From Callorhinchus milii (taxonomy: Eukaryota): a stretch of 64,000 nucleotides of DNA. The stretch is from contig NW_024704743.1 in assembly GCF_018977255.1 (NCBI RefSeq), forward strand, positions 57,848,001 through 57,912,000, given 5' to 3'. Of the stretch, positions 48,609 to 62,185 are shown piece by piece (position 1 is the first letter of the stretch; every line of letters starts with the position of its first letter). The notes beneath the pieces are model-generated. The model saw nothing but the letters and a program-made list of their open reading frames with translations. It was not told where the DNA came from and searched no databases. The position numbers were made by a program, and so were the translations under genes.

Positions 48609-49744
48609 TGTGAAGCACTTTGAGACATCTCAACAATGTGAAAAGGCTCTATATCAAATGAAAGGATTATTATTATTCTTTATAATTGATGTTAAACTTT
48701 GCCCGAGAACGATGTAACCCCATAAATATACAGAATTAGGAAATGAGGACATTCAGTTCATTTTTTTATATATCATATACAATTCATTCTGTTATGGACT
48801 CTTCCGAATGTACTTAATTTCATGAGATCTTCTTTTTCAATTTAGCTTTTGTTTAACTCTGGACAGTAGATTTACCAAATAAGCCACAAAGTGACTGGTT
48901 AAAACTGCAGGTTCTTTCTTTGTGACGTTTACTGATGTTTGAAGACTCAAAAGGTTTTCAATTATTGGTAAAATGTTAACCTGCATCATTACAGAACAGA
49001 GAACGTTGACCCCCGACTCTTCACACTCAAAAGAGAAATCAATATAAAATTTCCCATTAAGTCATCCTGGCTAATCTAATTGCATACGTTACAGCACACT
49101 AACTCAGACATTGATGTTCAACACCATGAAGTTTACAGCCTTTGCTGTGTGTGGTCAGGCCATGAAGACAATGGGGTCAATTTAGCAATACTGCTGCATT
49201 TTTAATCCTGAGTTATTGAGCCACAAAGCTGGGCCACTGTATTCGATCTCTTGCTCGATCTTTTTGAATTGCCGAGAATCAACTTTCAAACTAAGACTGA
49301 ACTTAAGATTTTTTCTAAATTCTATGCAACCTATGCAGCAAATTGTAGTGACTGTGGATTATGTTGGCGAACCCAATAGCCAATTTGTGCTCAGCAATGT
49401 CCCACAAACAGCCGTGAGATTAAGATTCAGTTCCGAAAATGAAAAAAGCCCCCCCCCCAAACACTAAAAGTTTGCTCAAGTTTTAATAGCCTTAATATTT
49501 GCTAAATAGTTAAGTGATAAATACTGTAAAGAATAACTGTGATAAAGTAGATACTGCTAATTTGTTTATCCATCTGGCTGCCACTACACCTGGCATGCTC
49601 TGTGAACATGGCAAGTTCAAACTGCTTGTAAGATAAACCTTTGTTTATATTCTTTACTATCCAATGAGTGTAAATAGCAGTCTTTGTTTCTAATTCTCAG
49701 CCAAATAACCACATTTTTGGAAATTGCTCACGGGTGGATGGATA

Positions 49745-50178
49745 ACACTGATATCAGAACTAATTCAAAAATCTGCTGCCCGGATTCTCACCCACACAAA
49801 ACACCAATTACCAAAGGGATCAATTTCAAGATCCTCTCACACGTTTTCAAATCCCTTCATGGCCTCGCACCTCCCTACCTATCCGATTTGCTTACCACAA
49901 ACTACACCACCCACTGCCTCTGCTCAGCTCGCTCTGGCCTCCTGTTTGTCCCTCGTCCCCTCCACTCCACCATCCGTGGTCGTGCCACTCTGCCCCGAAA
50001 CATTGGAACTCTCTCCCTCAATCCCTCCGCCTTGCCCCTTCCTCCTCACTATCAAATCCTGCCTAAAGACCTTCCTTTCTTACCTCTCCCCTCGGTTCAG
50101 TGTCAGACTCCACCACTTTCAAGTGCTCTGGGACACTACCCTGGGTGAAGAGGGCTCTATAAACGCAAGCTGTTGTTG
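49745..50178 (+). mobile_element. L2 ORF2 end, second tail subtype
   Basis: LIQKSAARIL, INFKILSHVFKSLHGLAPPYLSDLL; tail gcaagc(tgt)n. Confidence 0.88.
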
Positions 50179-50179
50179 T

Positions 50180-50950
50180 ATTCCCCTCTCCCTTCATTTT
50201 GAATGGATCTATACTATTGAATTCAATCACCACTTCAGGCAGCGAGTTCCACAAACTCACTAACCTCTGCATGAAATAGATCCTCCTAAGTTCTCTTCTA
50301 GATGCCTTAGTCGCTATCTTATACTTGTGTCCCCTGTTTATGGACTCCCCAACCAATAGAAACAGCCTATTTATGCTAGCCTTATCACCTTTATTAAGTC
50401 TCCCCATAAATGTCTCATCTCTAGTAAAAAAGGCCTAACCTATCCAGTCTATCCTGAAAGCAGGAATCTGCCAGCCCTGGTATCAAAACAAAACAATACA
50501 ATAATAAATTGGTCATTTCCAATCCACGACTGTTTGTGAGACACTGCTGTGTGCAATTGGCTGCCGCGTTTCACCCACAAATATACTGTCAATTCACTTT
50601 ACAGTATATTCTGTGAAGCGCTTTGAGACGTCTAGAAGACGTGAAAAGCGCTATATCAAATGCAAGGATTATTATTATTATTATTATCATCCTTATAAAC
50701 CTACGCAATATTCTATCTATTGCTGCTATATCCTTCTGATAGTGTGGAGACCAGAATTTGACAGTGTTCCAAACACAGTCTAACCAAGGTTTTGTACAAA
50801 GTCAATATCATCTCCTCACTTTTATATTCTACCCTTCTGGGTATAAAGCTCAAGACCCCATTGGCCTTTTTATTATAGGCTTATCTACCAGTGCAGCTAC
50901 TTCCAGAAATTTTTGGATCTCCAGATCTCTTTGCTCCTCTACTTCTGTTG
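50180..50950 (-). mobile_element. CR1-type LINE fragment interrupted by a SINE half (about 50495-50690, plus)
   Basis: NRGHKYKI...RRIYFMQRLVSLWNSLP in ORF 50063-50407; CR1 resumes after the SINE (TTA)n. Confidence 0.82.
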
Positions 50951-52394
50951 GGTTCAATTACATGTTTAATTATACTCCAGACAGTGCAGATTAAAGTGAT
51001 GTGAGACTGCCTCCCTGTGTTTAAGGTTTGTAGTAAAGCTGCAGGAGTTTATATCACAGCAGTATGAAAATTTGTCTGAATTGTGCAGGGCAACTGAGCT
51101 AACAACGTCTCAGTAATTTTAATACATCAGTTTTCATTTAATCTGCTTGCCGTGCTTCACTGTGTTTTGTGTACCTTAATCGAAATAAATCTCACAGCAG
51201 CCAGGCCATTATTATTCAATTCTGTGCTAATCAACAGTGGCAATCCTGAGGTTAGAATGTAAATCAGATAAGTAAGATAATAGGCAAGGGTCAATCTTAT
51301 CTTAATAAAACCAAAACATCGCTTGCTTCCAGATTTCCATTATGCTACACTTCCTGCACAAGAGGGAGGCTTATCAGTTGGCGTGCAGAAGTCTCTGACC
51401 AAGAACACAGGAACAGGTTTTCATCTTCACAGCACTAAGAATCCACTGAGCGTGCCCAATATTGACCCACGCATACATACATCTTCTTTCACTTCATGCA
51501 AAAGTAACAGAAAGATGACTATCACTGACTTTATTTAAAGCTACAGTATTCATTAGCAGACTATTCCAGCAAAACTATAAGCAAATGATGAAATATGTGA
51601 TTACATAACAGATTTAATGACTGTACTAGTTTGCAGCTATCATTATTTTCTTTGTAAAACAAAGATTATTGCACTGCACAATAAGATTAATACCTTAAAC
51701 ACAACTATTAATGTGCCCCGTAGTATGGCCACTAATAGGCTAAAATGCTTATATTGTTTGGATTTTTGGGATAATTTGAAAACGTTTTTGCTTTACACAT
51801 ATTTATACTTTAACAGTAACAAAAACTTGTTGAATGCTGATGTAATGCATCATGGGTGACCTATGTATTGTCTTGCAGAACTGGGGGACAGGCTACACAA
51901 CTGACAGGTTTAACTGAGAGGTTGAGATCCAGTTTGCTATCCATTTTTGTTATTTAAGGATTCCATCAGATATTATACATTTTACTTTTCCAAATAATTT
52001 TCAGCATTTTAATGATCACAGAGGGCAAAATGTCAGGAGAGGTTTGATGAAAATACAATCCAAATGATATTGGACACACAATTTAAGAGTGTAGTATTAT
52101 CAACTGCTTGGAAGCTGAATGTAGGCTTGGCATTTTGTGATTTTTCTGTGTATGTTTTATGTGCGGAAGAAGTTGAACACAGATGAATCATCGTATATGG
52201 TTGTCTGAAGCAGTGCAAGCTGACAAAAAAGGTCAGGTGGGAGATTGTGACAAAGTGATGGTAAGCAGCAGACTGAGAAATTAACATTAAATAAAATGAT
52301 GGAAGACAGGAGAAAGAGAGAAGCCTACAGAGAGAAGGAAAGAAGGGAAGAGAAATCACTATCAAGGCTGACATCACAAAATAGTGTTTGGGGA

Positions 52395-52665
52395 ACGCTG
52401 AGATGTTAAACCAAGGCCCTGTCTGCCAGTTCAAGTGAACGCTAAAGATCCCCTGGCACTATTTGTAAGAAGTTGGGAGGTTCTCCTGCTGCCCTGGTTA
52501 ACAGCCCCGCAGATAAAATTGGTCCGTCACTTTACACCTGTTTGTAGAACTTTACTGTGAGCAAATTGGCTGATTCCAGATGTACAAAAGAACTACACTT
52601 TACAGTAAAGTGAGTTGTATCAACGATGTGATAAAGACGCTATACCAAATGCAAGGAGTATTAAT
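52395..52665 (+). mobile_element. Old Deu-domain SINE
   Basis: gagatgttaaaccaaggccctgtctgcc...aaagatccc.tggcactattt...aaattggctg. Confidence 0.75.
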
Positions 52666-54899
52666 ACAAGAGTCTGCAGATCACTGCACTAAATGAGGGT
52701 TGCCTAACCCATGTCAGAGAACAGCCCACTGGAGCTCTGAAGAGGTCTGACTTGCTGTCTGGCTCCTACTAAATTATGCCGGGGTAGTGCCTAGAATTGT
52801 TGCCTTTTGGCCAGGATGCCCTTTTTAAAGGAACTCATGAGCCACTGAGAATTCACAACATCGGCATTAAGCAAACTACTTTACCTGCATGCCAGTCTTT
52901 CTCAGAGAATGTCATTGCTCAGAACTCTGTCATTTGTTCTGAAGCTAAATTGCAAAATTAACTACCACTTGCTTGAAGTTGGGTTGCTTGAAGATCCAAT
53001 TGGTGGCATGGAATCTGTGAATCACTTATTTGTACCCTGATACAATTTGTCAGAGTTGTTCTGTGTTTCTACAAACCACCAAGTTGAATTTCATGAGAAA
53101 TCTGTTCTTGTTATTACAGTCTCCAGCTGACTCACTATATGTCCGATAATGTACAAAATATAAAATTTGATGAACTTCTTCTCTGCCCTGATTGATACCC
53201 AAGCTACTTTTTATAGATTGGGGGGGGGGGGGGAGAGTCCAGTGTCATCTCCTTCCAAAGGAATTCTGAAGTACTTTAGGGTCTGGTCATATGAAGGTGG
53301 AAAAGAATATTAATTTATCTTTAACAAATCCCTCTCCTCGCCAATAATGTGCGTAAACGTACAACTTACATTAGTAGACCAATAGATTCTAGTTTGAATT
53401 ACTGAAGCCGTGTATGTTAAAACACATTACAAATGATAATCATATCATATCAATAAGTATAATTAAAATCATTTTGCTTACTCCATTTAAAGCATAAAAC
53501 AATGTTAATTCTAGAATTTATAAACAATGCTTTTAGAAATTCAATTACAAAGCTGATTAATAGATTAATTTTGCCAGGTTTAATTCTCATAGGTTACTTG
53601 GCATGCTTCACTGCTTCCAAGTACATCATCATTTGCGGAGAAGGCACTTGGGAGAAGCCATCACATAATGAGATGACTCTGACAAGATCTTTATCTGGGA
53701 TTTTCAAAGAATTCACTTATCACATGGACCCGTTTTATCGAATATAAGCAAATTAACTGCCTTGTCATCTCGAAGAAACAAACCAATCAATTACTGCCCA
53801 TCAAACAACGGCATTAAGCCACTTATGAAAATAAACTAACAATTACTGTGATTTCTTTCTATTTTTCACTCATAATAGTGTTCAAATAAAGATTTACTTG
53901 CAGAGAAGCAAAGATAATTGATACTGTGTAAGATTTTATACCTTGTAGGATCAACATTTTTCACATCAAAGACGTTTTTTTCCTGCATACAGCATAGGAC
54001 TGAAGTTCAGTGTGACATTAAAATATCGGGAATTCAATAAAAATTGCAAAGAATATATTTATGAAGCTAATCGGGGGGACCAGAGGAGGGCATTTCCTGA
54101 CTTTCTGATGTTACTGAAGGGAGCTTGTCTTTTTTCATGCAATTGCTAATTATTCAGTGTCAGTGAGGATTCGTGGGGGATACCAATGCTATGATGCATT
54201 CAGGGTTTTCACCTAAGTTACCGATCAGAAGGGTATCATGCCAGATGGAAATAGCTTCAGTGTGCACCCTGGTAGAGCTTGGCTTCAGGTTCAAATCTAA
54301 CACTTTCTGAAAGTATTGCAAGATTGACTTGACAAGGATTGAATGTTCCTAGATGAACACCAACCAACAAAGTTATTTCACTTAATTTTATAGGCTTTAT
54401 TAGTGCACTGCTCGTAAGGCGACATAAATGCTTTCACAAGGCTTTGTGGTAATCTGTGATTCCATAATCTTCTCCTACCAACAGCCAGGCTGTCAACCAG
54501 AAATTCTCTGGATCCATATGAATGATCCAACTGACAAATCAAGGAGATCTTTTTTGAGAGATCAGACACGTGATATGCAGTGGCAGAGAAATCTGAAAAG
54601 CACAATTTTTCAGAGGAGGGAGTTATCAGAGATATATTATGCGCCTTTTGCTCTCTGACACCCTAGAGATCTGTGAAATAGAGGAAATGTGTACAGAAAC
54701 ATCTGTCTCCATAAGAGAGACAGATTGCTCAGCCTTCACATTGACATGTCCCAGTTCTTGAACAGAAGCAGAGTTGGTGCGTATCAAGCATTAGCCTAGC
54801 ACAGGATATCAGCATGCACTTATGTGGGTGAATCATTGATTGACTTGAGAAAATTGGCTGATGTGTTGTTTACCCCAATTAATACACCAAGAAGAAAAT

Positions 54900-55450
54900 C
54901 AGGGCTTGAAACCCATATAGTCTTAGCTGACACTCCAATGCAGTGCTCAGGTGTGTTGCTTTGTCAGAGATGCCATTCTTCGTATGAAACATTAAACCAA
55001 AGTCTTGACTAGGCGGACCTTAAATATCACTATTCGAAAAGAAAAGGGAATTTCTCCCAGTTGTTTTTCCTGGCCAAAAATCCCCGAAATAAAATTGGTC
55101 ACTCACTTCATGGCTGTTTATGGGACATTGCTGTGCGCAAAATGGCTGCAGCATTCTCCCACAAAATACAGTCATACCACATTACAGTATGTCCTGTAAA
55201 GTGCGTTGAGGCAATGTAATAAGGTACTACAGCAAATGCAAGAATTATTATTATAAATTGTTGTTGTTCTAAATGGGTACATTTGTTCTAAATGTGCACT
55301 ACCTATTGGGACATTACTGTGCACAAATTGGTTGTCGTGTTCACCTACAAAATATACAGTCATTGCAACTTACAGCATATTCTGAGAAGCACTTTGAGAG
55401 GCCCTATGGATATGAAAAGTACTATACCAAATGTAAAGATTATTATTATC
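54900..55450 (+). mobile_element. Two tandem old Deu SINEs
   Basis: Two gggacatt.ctgtgc.caaa.tgg cores (about 55120 and 55307), each with a tail. Confidence 0.75.
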
Positions 55451-57989
55451 ACACCAAAGTAGGGAAACATTTGTTATTAGTGTCAGTTGAGGAGGTTGCG
55501 GTGGCTGTAGCAAAACTCCCCCTGTTATACATGTCTAAAAAGTACATTAAAATCGAGGCCATATCACATCACTCTCTATTTGAAGTGCTTGGAAATGCTC
55601 ATCGTATGCGAATGAAGCTACAAGTGCAGGTTGTTGTATCTCGACAAGCAGGGACAACAAAAATACAAGAGAGGAGATCACTGGCAGAAGAATACAACTG
55701 AAATAATCTCGGAAGAGTTTCAATTTGCGCTCTACAAAAACAGCTAATGGTCTCAGGCTAAAAAAGGTATTGTTCTGCTTAGACCTGGGATACTTTCGGT
55801 AGAGAACTCACCAGTTCATGTAGAATGGCAGCAAGAACCTGCACAAACTGTATTTGAAAGAAAAGGACCTGAAAATACCTTGTCTTGCCTTGGCTGGAGG
55901 TGAGATTTTGTGTAATTGATGAGGAAACTGAGCTGTTGGAATGTGTTGAGGGCTTGTTTGACAGTGGACTACGTGCCCACTCGATAGTGAGCTCCAAGGA
56001 GTCAATGATCTAGACTAGGGTAGGCATGAAGTTAGCACATTAAAAGATGACCTGCCATGATGGAAAGGTATTTTTCAAAATACCTTAGGGATGGATAAAA
56101 TGCCAATGAGAAAGCTCAACCTAACACTTTTGACATTGAGAATGAATGACGATATGAAAGTAGATATCCTTTAGGTTAATTGCGGTCAGCGAGCTCCTTA
56201 AGTACGTTGCTTGAAATAACAAGCTATCATCTTGAATTTTCACTCGTTTTAGGAGCTTAAATTGTTTTGAAATCTATCGTGGGGATATTACACCCCAGAC
56301 TTTCTGGCTATCGCAAAGTACTGTAAATAAAATACACTCTATTATATTTACAGCAAAATCTTCTCTCTGTTGACCTCAAGTAAGGGAATCTTCACCAGTT
56401 GAAAATGCCTTTGTGGTCTGAGCTCCCAATGTTTTAAAAACAAGGAATATCCTCCAAGAAAGGAAATTGGGAACCCTTTGTCATTCATACATTCATAATA
56501 AACTGCACTGGGAGGAGGCACAGAGAGAAATAAAACACATAGCATCTCAGACAAGGAGATATTTTGAAGTCCATAAATTCCTGTATTATAAATATTTTGC
56601 AAACACAATTCCTTTTCAGCTTTTACTAAAAATGGGATTTTCACATCTCAACTGGAGCCTAGCTGTCTGTTTAGGCTGTGCATCCAGCTTGACCTGCTCA
56701 GGCCCACTTCCTGGTGCTTCTACAAATATACCAAAACTAAATTAAATCATGATTACAAGCGTTGCAGAATAGGGAGACTCTTTTAAAACTGACAGCCTGG
56801 CTTTTCCTGTTACTTGTGGACAATAGAAACTCCAAAATATTATAGGTTAACAATGCTCATTTGTGAGAAAATGAACATACAAATGTTTCCTAGGAGACAG
56901 TACTCTTGGCATTCAGCCAAGCGGATAAATGAAAGCTAGTTAAATTCTATGAACACCAGGCAAAAAGGAGACATAAATTAATGGAATTCTAAAAGAGAGT
57001 AATCAAGATATTTCATGTTACTGCTTCCTGCACAGAACAGAACTAGAAAGAAACTTACCCATCAATTAAAAACTAAAATCGAAAAACATATTTTCTGAAG
57101 TTTAATTCATCTTTTCATATCAATTCACACTGTTCACTTCCTGTCATTCCTGTACTTTTAATTTCCTATATACCACAAACTCTTTGGAACAAACTAGTGA
57201 CACCTCCACTAAATGAAAATGTATTGTTTATACGTGTTGATTCTTGGTTGATTTTGTCCTAGATTGTCATTTTCAATGAGATATGAGGATAATCAGCCTA
57301 CAATGTCTGTTAGTTGTACTGCCCCGCATTTAATTTTTGTGTCTTTAAATTGCTATTTTATTATCTTCTCTCATTCTAGTTCTAGCTGGTCGTTCAGGCA
57401 TTCATACATTACTCTTCCCTGTTGTTTTTGCTCTCACCTCTTCTTTCTGAATACCAGCCCCCAATCTCGATGTTTGGCCATCTAACCTGCACTCTGATCT
57501 GCCCTGACTCATTTGTGCTAGGAATGCTCTGATTCTGCCTGCTGTTTACTCACACTGAATGTTGAGTAAGATGCAGTGTGAGTAAGCAGCAATGTATCAT
57601 TTATTTATTGGTAACCCTTCAATAAAATATGAACTACATATCTAGTACTTTAGAAAAAAATACAAATTTGCCAGACAGGATTGGGGAGGTCAGTTTGTGT
57701 GAGATGGACAGACTTGTGGTACTGGATATACGGGCAACAAAGACAGATTTGGGATGTAATTTTGTTTCACAACTAATGTCATCAGTTTGTGTGATACTGA
57801 AACTGAAATTTAACAATTGTAAGCATATGTATTATAAAACATGTTAAACTGAAAAGTTAGTCAGTGTACTTTAATAGTCATTTACATTTGCTTTGTATGT
57901 GAAACGCGGTTGGTATGTCTTTTAAGATTGACAAATTTAGTGTCATAAGCTTACCAGACAGATGTTGATGAAGATCTCACTCTTCCAAA

Positions 57990-58497
57990 ATAACCATCTA
58001 TTATATTCTTCCTGTTATAGCACCATGTTAATTCTTGAATATATCCAGTGTCCTGACTCTAAAATCTTTCCAACTTTTGATTATCCTCTGTGTGAAAAAA
58101 TTGCACTGAATCTGTGCTGGCTTTTTGCTGCCTTTTTATCATATAGTGTTTTTGAGAGTATGTTGGAGAAACCAGAACTGTTCGGTGTACCAGGTATGGC
58201 CTAACTGCAGAACTTCACAGCTTGAACATAACTACTTGGTTTTGAACTTAATTGATTTGTCATTGTAACCCAGAATCCTACTTGCCTACTTCTGTGCAAA
58301 TCCATTCAATACCTCCCTCCCTTTCAACCTTGCTTTCTGAATAGTTGCTCTCTGTTTCCTTCCCTTTGGCCAGTTACTATTCACTCTTCCATCTCATACC
58401 AAGTCTCCGGTGTGGTATTTTGTCAAGGCCTTCTGGAAATCTGGGTACACTATGACTTCTCCTTGGAATGTTAACTCTTCAGAAAAGTCCTGAGAAT
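57990..58497 (-). mobile_element. Old CR1-type relic
   Basis: Includes gtcaaggccttctggaaatc.gggtacac (RT VYxDFQKA motif on the minus strand). Confidence 0.7.
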
Positions 58498-58505
58498 GGT
58501 TAGAC

Positions 58506-60391
58506 CAGTGGTGGCAAACCAGTGGCCCACGGGCCACAAGTTGGTTCACAAGGTGGCACTCCACCCCCTTGGTCGTGGCCATACAACACATTTTAAAAAT
58601 AACTCCAATAACAGTAACAATTACTGGATCCTGCGCTGAAGTGATCTCATTGCCGCACACCCTCACCCGAACAGCAACAAGGTCATTGCCAGTTTGTGTG
58701 TTGAAGTTTATTTGTTTGATCTTGCAAGTATATGACTTTCCCCCCAAAACATGTCACTTAGTAAGCCCCATATGTCAAAAAGAAAATATGAAAAGGACAT
58801 TGTGTTGAGTTTAATCCAGTTTGGGAAGAACTGTTCTTGGTTACACAAGGGTGAACTTCAAAACCAGCGTGCTTGGATTGTGGTGCTACAGTTGCTGAGC
58901 CTAAAAAAATAATTTAGAGCCGCATTTATACAAACAAATGCTGAATTCAACAGAAAATATCCCATTGGGTTGGCTTTGCTTACAGAATTTATTTGCAAAA
59001 ATAGATCAACCTCAATGACATCAATGGTCAAGGCATCCTATGAAATGTCTCTGCTACTAGCTCGGAAGAAAAAAAACCTTGTTTTTACAGGGAAGCAGTA
59101 GTTAAGTCTGTTCATTTTTGCTGCAAATACTAGTGATCCCAAAATTAAAACAATGGTAGATTAAATTGCACTTTCCCAAAGTACCATTATGAGAAGAATT
59201 GATGAGATGTCTAGTGATGTGTCAAAGTAAATTATATTTTCTATCTCTGTCAGTGAGTACTTTTCATTAGTACTGGATGAAAGTTGTGATTCTACTGACA
59301 TGGCACAGCTCAGTGTCTTTGTGAGGTGTATCAATGAAAATTTTGATATAATTGAGGAACTTCTTTTTTCAAATATAGGATCGGATATTTTTGAAGAACT
59401 AAAATTTTTTATTGAAGACAGCAAGCTTGACTGGTACAAACTAGAGAGCATTTGTACAGATGATTATCTGCTATGAATGGAAAGAGGAATGAATGGTTGT
59501 GCTGCTTTGTTGGGAAAGTTTTTGGAATGCAACTTATTCCAGTACCATTGTAATATTTATCAGGAAACCCTTTGCACCAAAGACTTGGACTTCTCTTGTG
59601 TACTTGATCCTGCAGTGCTTTGCAAAACCGCTGGGAATTTCGTAACTTGTTTGATGAAGATGCAAATGAGAAAGGGGAGTTACTCCTTCATTGCAATGTT
59701 CGTTGAGTATCAAGGGGGAAAGCTCTTGAAAGATTTTTGAATTTAAAAGAAAAATGCTTACGTTTTTGGAGAAGAGAGAACTTCTTGAAGACTGCAAGCT
59801 CCTTCAAGACAAAGACTGGCTCAGTGACCTTGCTTTCCTTATCAACATTACCGGTCATCTTAACAATCTCAATGCACACTTGCAAGGAGAGCGATCACTC
59901 TGTTTAATTTAATTTCAGTTTTCCAAGTCAAACTTAACTTTTTTTTGAATGATTTGTCTAGGAAAAAAATTGGATCACTTTGTTCACTTGCAACTATTAA
60001 AAAGTGACAGTAATGTCATAATCAATTTCGAAAAATATCAGAACGTGATTTCTTCACCAATTAATTCCTTTGATGTCCGTTTTCAAGATTTTAAAGAAGT
60101 CAAAGACAATATAGCACTTTTCACCAACACTTTCTCTCTTTCAGACATGAGCTTAAACATTATCCACCAGAAATGCAGTTGGAAATTTTGGAATTTAAGA
60201 ACATAGCAATTCAAAGAACAGTGTGCTTCTCCAATAAACCAGGACTTGGAGTTCTTTTGGAAATACGTCCCTCAGAACGATTTTCCTAAATTGCATGACG
60301 AAGCTCTTCGATATGTGAGAAGCACTCCTTTTCCACCATGAACTTCATACTCACACTGTGGCATACCTCAGCAAAAGGTTGGCCACCATTG
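58506..60391 (+). mobile_element. Decayed hAT transposon (Buster/Charlie group, GTF2IRD2-like transposase)
   Basis: TIRs CAGTGGTGGCAAACC / GGTTGGCCACCATTG (13 of 15), TSD GGTTAGAC vs GGTTAAAT. Broken transposase motifs LSQSTIMRRI, YFSLVLDESCDSTDMAQLSVFVR, WLSDLAFLINITGHLNNLNAHLQG, RFQDF, FWKYVPQNDFPKL. Confidence 0.92.
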
Positions 60392-62034
60392 GGTTAAATA
60401 CACAATGTTAAAAAGGGATTTGCTAACTCTGGTGTACTGGATAGCTTCACAGTGTTGGCTGCTAAAAGTTTAAGCACTTCCTTACACCACACTTCTAGAA
60501 AGAAAGGAATTCAGTTTAGCAACAAAAAGAACGAACAAAGAAACCTTAGTAGGCAGTATGCAAGCTATCATATTTTATTGCATTTATTCAAACCTCCTAC
60601 AGTCTATTGGAGGAAGGAGGTTACCTAGACTCATCACTAAATCGGAAAAAAAAATGTTCATAAAAATAGTCTTCAAATCTTGCAAATTGAACCAATATTT
60701 CCGATTAGTTCAGAATGGCAATTTCCAATACAGGAACATGGAAGCACAGTAAAAGCAAAGCAGACCTGGCACTCACAGGGTTATTCTATTCAGCAGTGCC
60801 AATTTATCTAAAGTCCTAAAGCCTTGATTATTACCTGGCTATCTGAGAAAAACAGTGGTACACTCACTGCTCCCTAGCGAAATGGGCTTTAAACGCAGCC
60901 TAGTCTTGATTCTCTCGATATTCTGAACTTGTTAAAAAAAGATGGTTAAATCAAAAACAGGTAATGAAGTGTCTGCAACCTTTTCATGCATTGCAGTAGG
61001 ACACTTTGTCACGTACATTTTCCCATTTGAAATTGCATCATCAAATTTCCATGCAGCAGTAAATTTACACACACCAGTGATTCATAATATTGCAAGATAT
61101 ATTGAAGTACGCTTTCAAGAGAATGGATATGCTAAATTTACACTTTTTAGAGAAAGCAATTCTGTATTATCTATAGTCCAGCTTAAAACGGAAATGGAAT
61201 CATTTTATAGACATCAACATTATCAATGAGGTAGCTGATATTCATTTCCAATGTGCCAGGTGAAGAAAATCAAAGGTTTGAATCTATGTCCAATTGTCTT
61301 CTCTTTCTCCAAGCTCTCCAACCCAATAAACAATGATTTTAACTATAGCAGCCCATTTTTGAGGCTGGATAGTAAATCAAAATAAACAGTGTGCTTAAAT
61401 GGTTCAGGTCTCTGCATTTCATTATATATATGCCTACAAATACACAGTCATGTTACAATGCATCCTGTGAAGAGTTTTCAGAACGTTTGATAAAGAGATA
61501 AGGTACTATTATTAAATGCAAGCATCATTATATGTATAAAAAATAGTTTATAAATGTATAAGAAACTGCAGCTAAATACACTCATCCTGGTCTTCACGAA
61601 CCCTGAATTCAGACGTAGTCAGACCAAGTCTGGAGTTTTAAACAGAAGTCTATGAGCCAAAAATCTATCCCGTGTCCAGAGAATTCCAAGCTCCTGCCAA
61701 CCCAATACCCACATCGTGCAGCCCTCGTGATGCCCACAGCTTGTGAGCAGCATCCCACCTCATCGTCCTTTGTCTGGCTAACCTTCAGTGTCTTGTGTCG
61801 GTCCACTTTGGTCAGTGCCTTTACTTTTTGTGTTTATGTTACCATCTTAACGCTTAACATCAGAACAATGGCTTAAAAAAAGCAAACGTCTAATGGTAGT
61901 TCCTCTCATTCTGGCATTCTAAAATATCTGTGACCATGGTAACAATATCAGAAATGTTGAAGAAGTTTGACGAATGAGTAAGTACAAGGGCTATAATGGC
62001 ACAATACAGACTCAGAAAATCAACCATGTGTGAT

Positions 62035-62185
62035 ATAATAACAATAATAATCCTTGCATTTGATATAGTGCCTTATCACGTCTTTGAGATGTGTCAAAGC
62101 GCTTCACGGAATATACTGTAAAGTGAATTGACTGCATATTTTGTGGGAAAAATGCGGCAGCCACTTGTGTACAGCAGTGTCCCAT
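62035..62185 (-). mobile_element. SINE 3' fragment
   Basis: Tail plus Deu core. Confidence 0.85.

Noticed and set aside
53219..53233. Poly-G run (also poly-C at 18849-18867)
   Set aside because: Simple homopolymers with no further structure.
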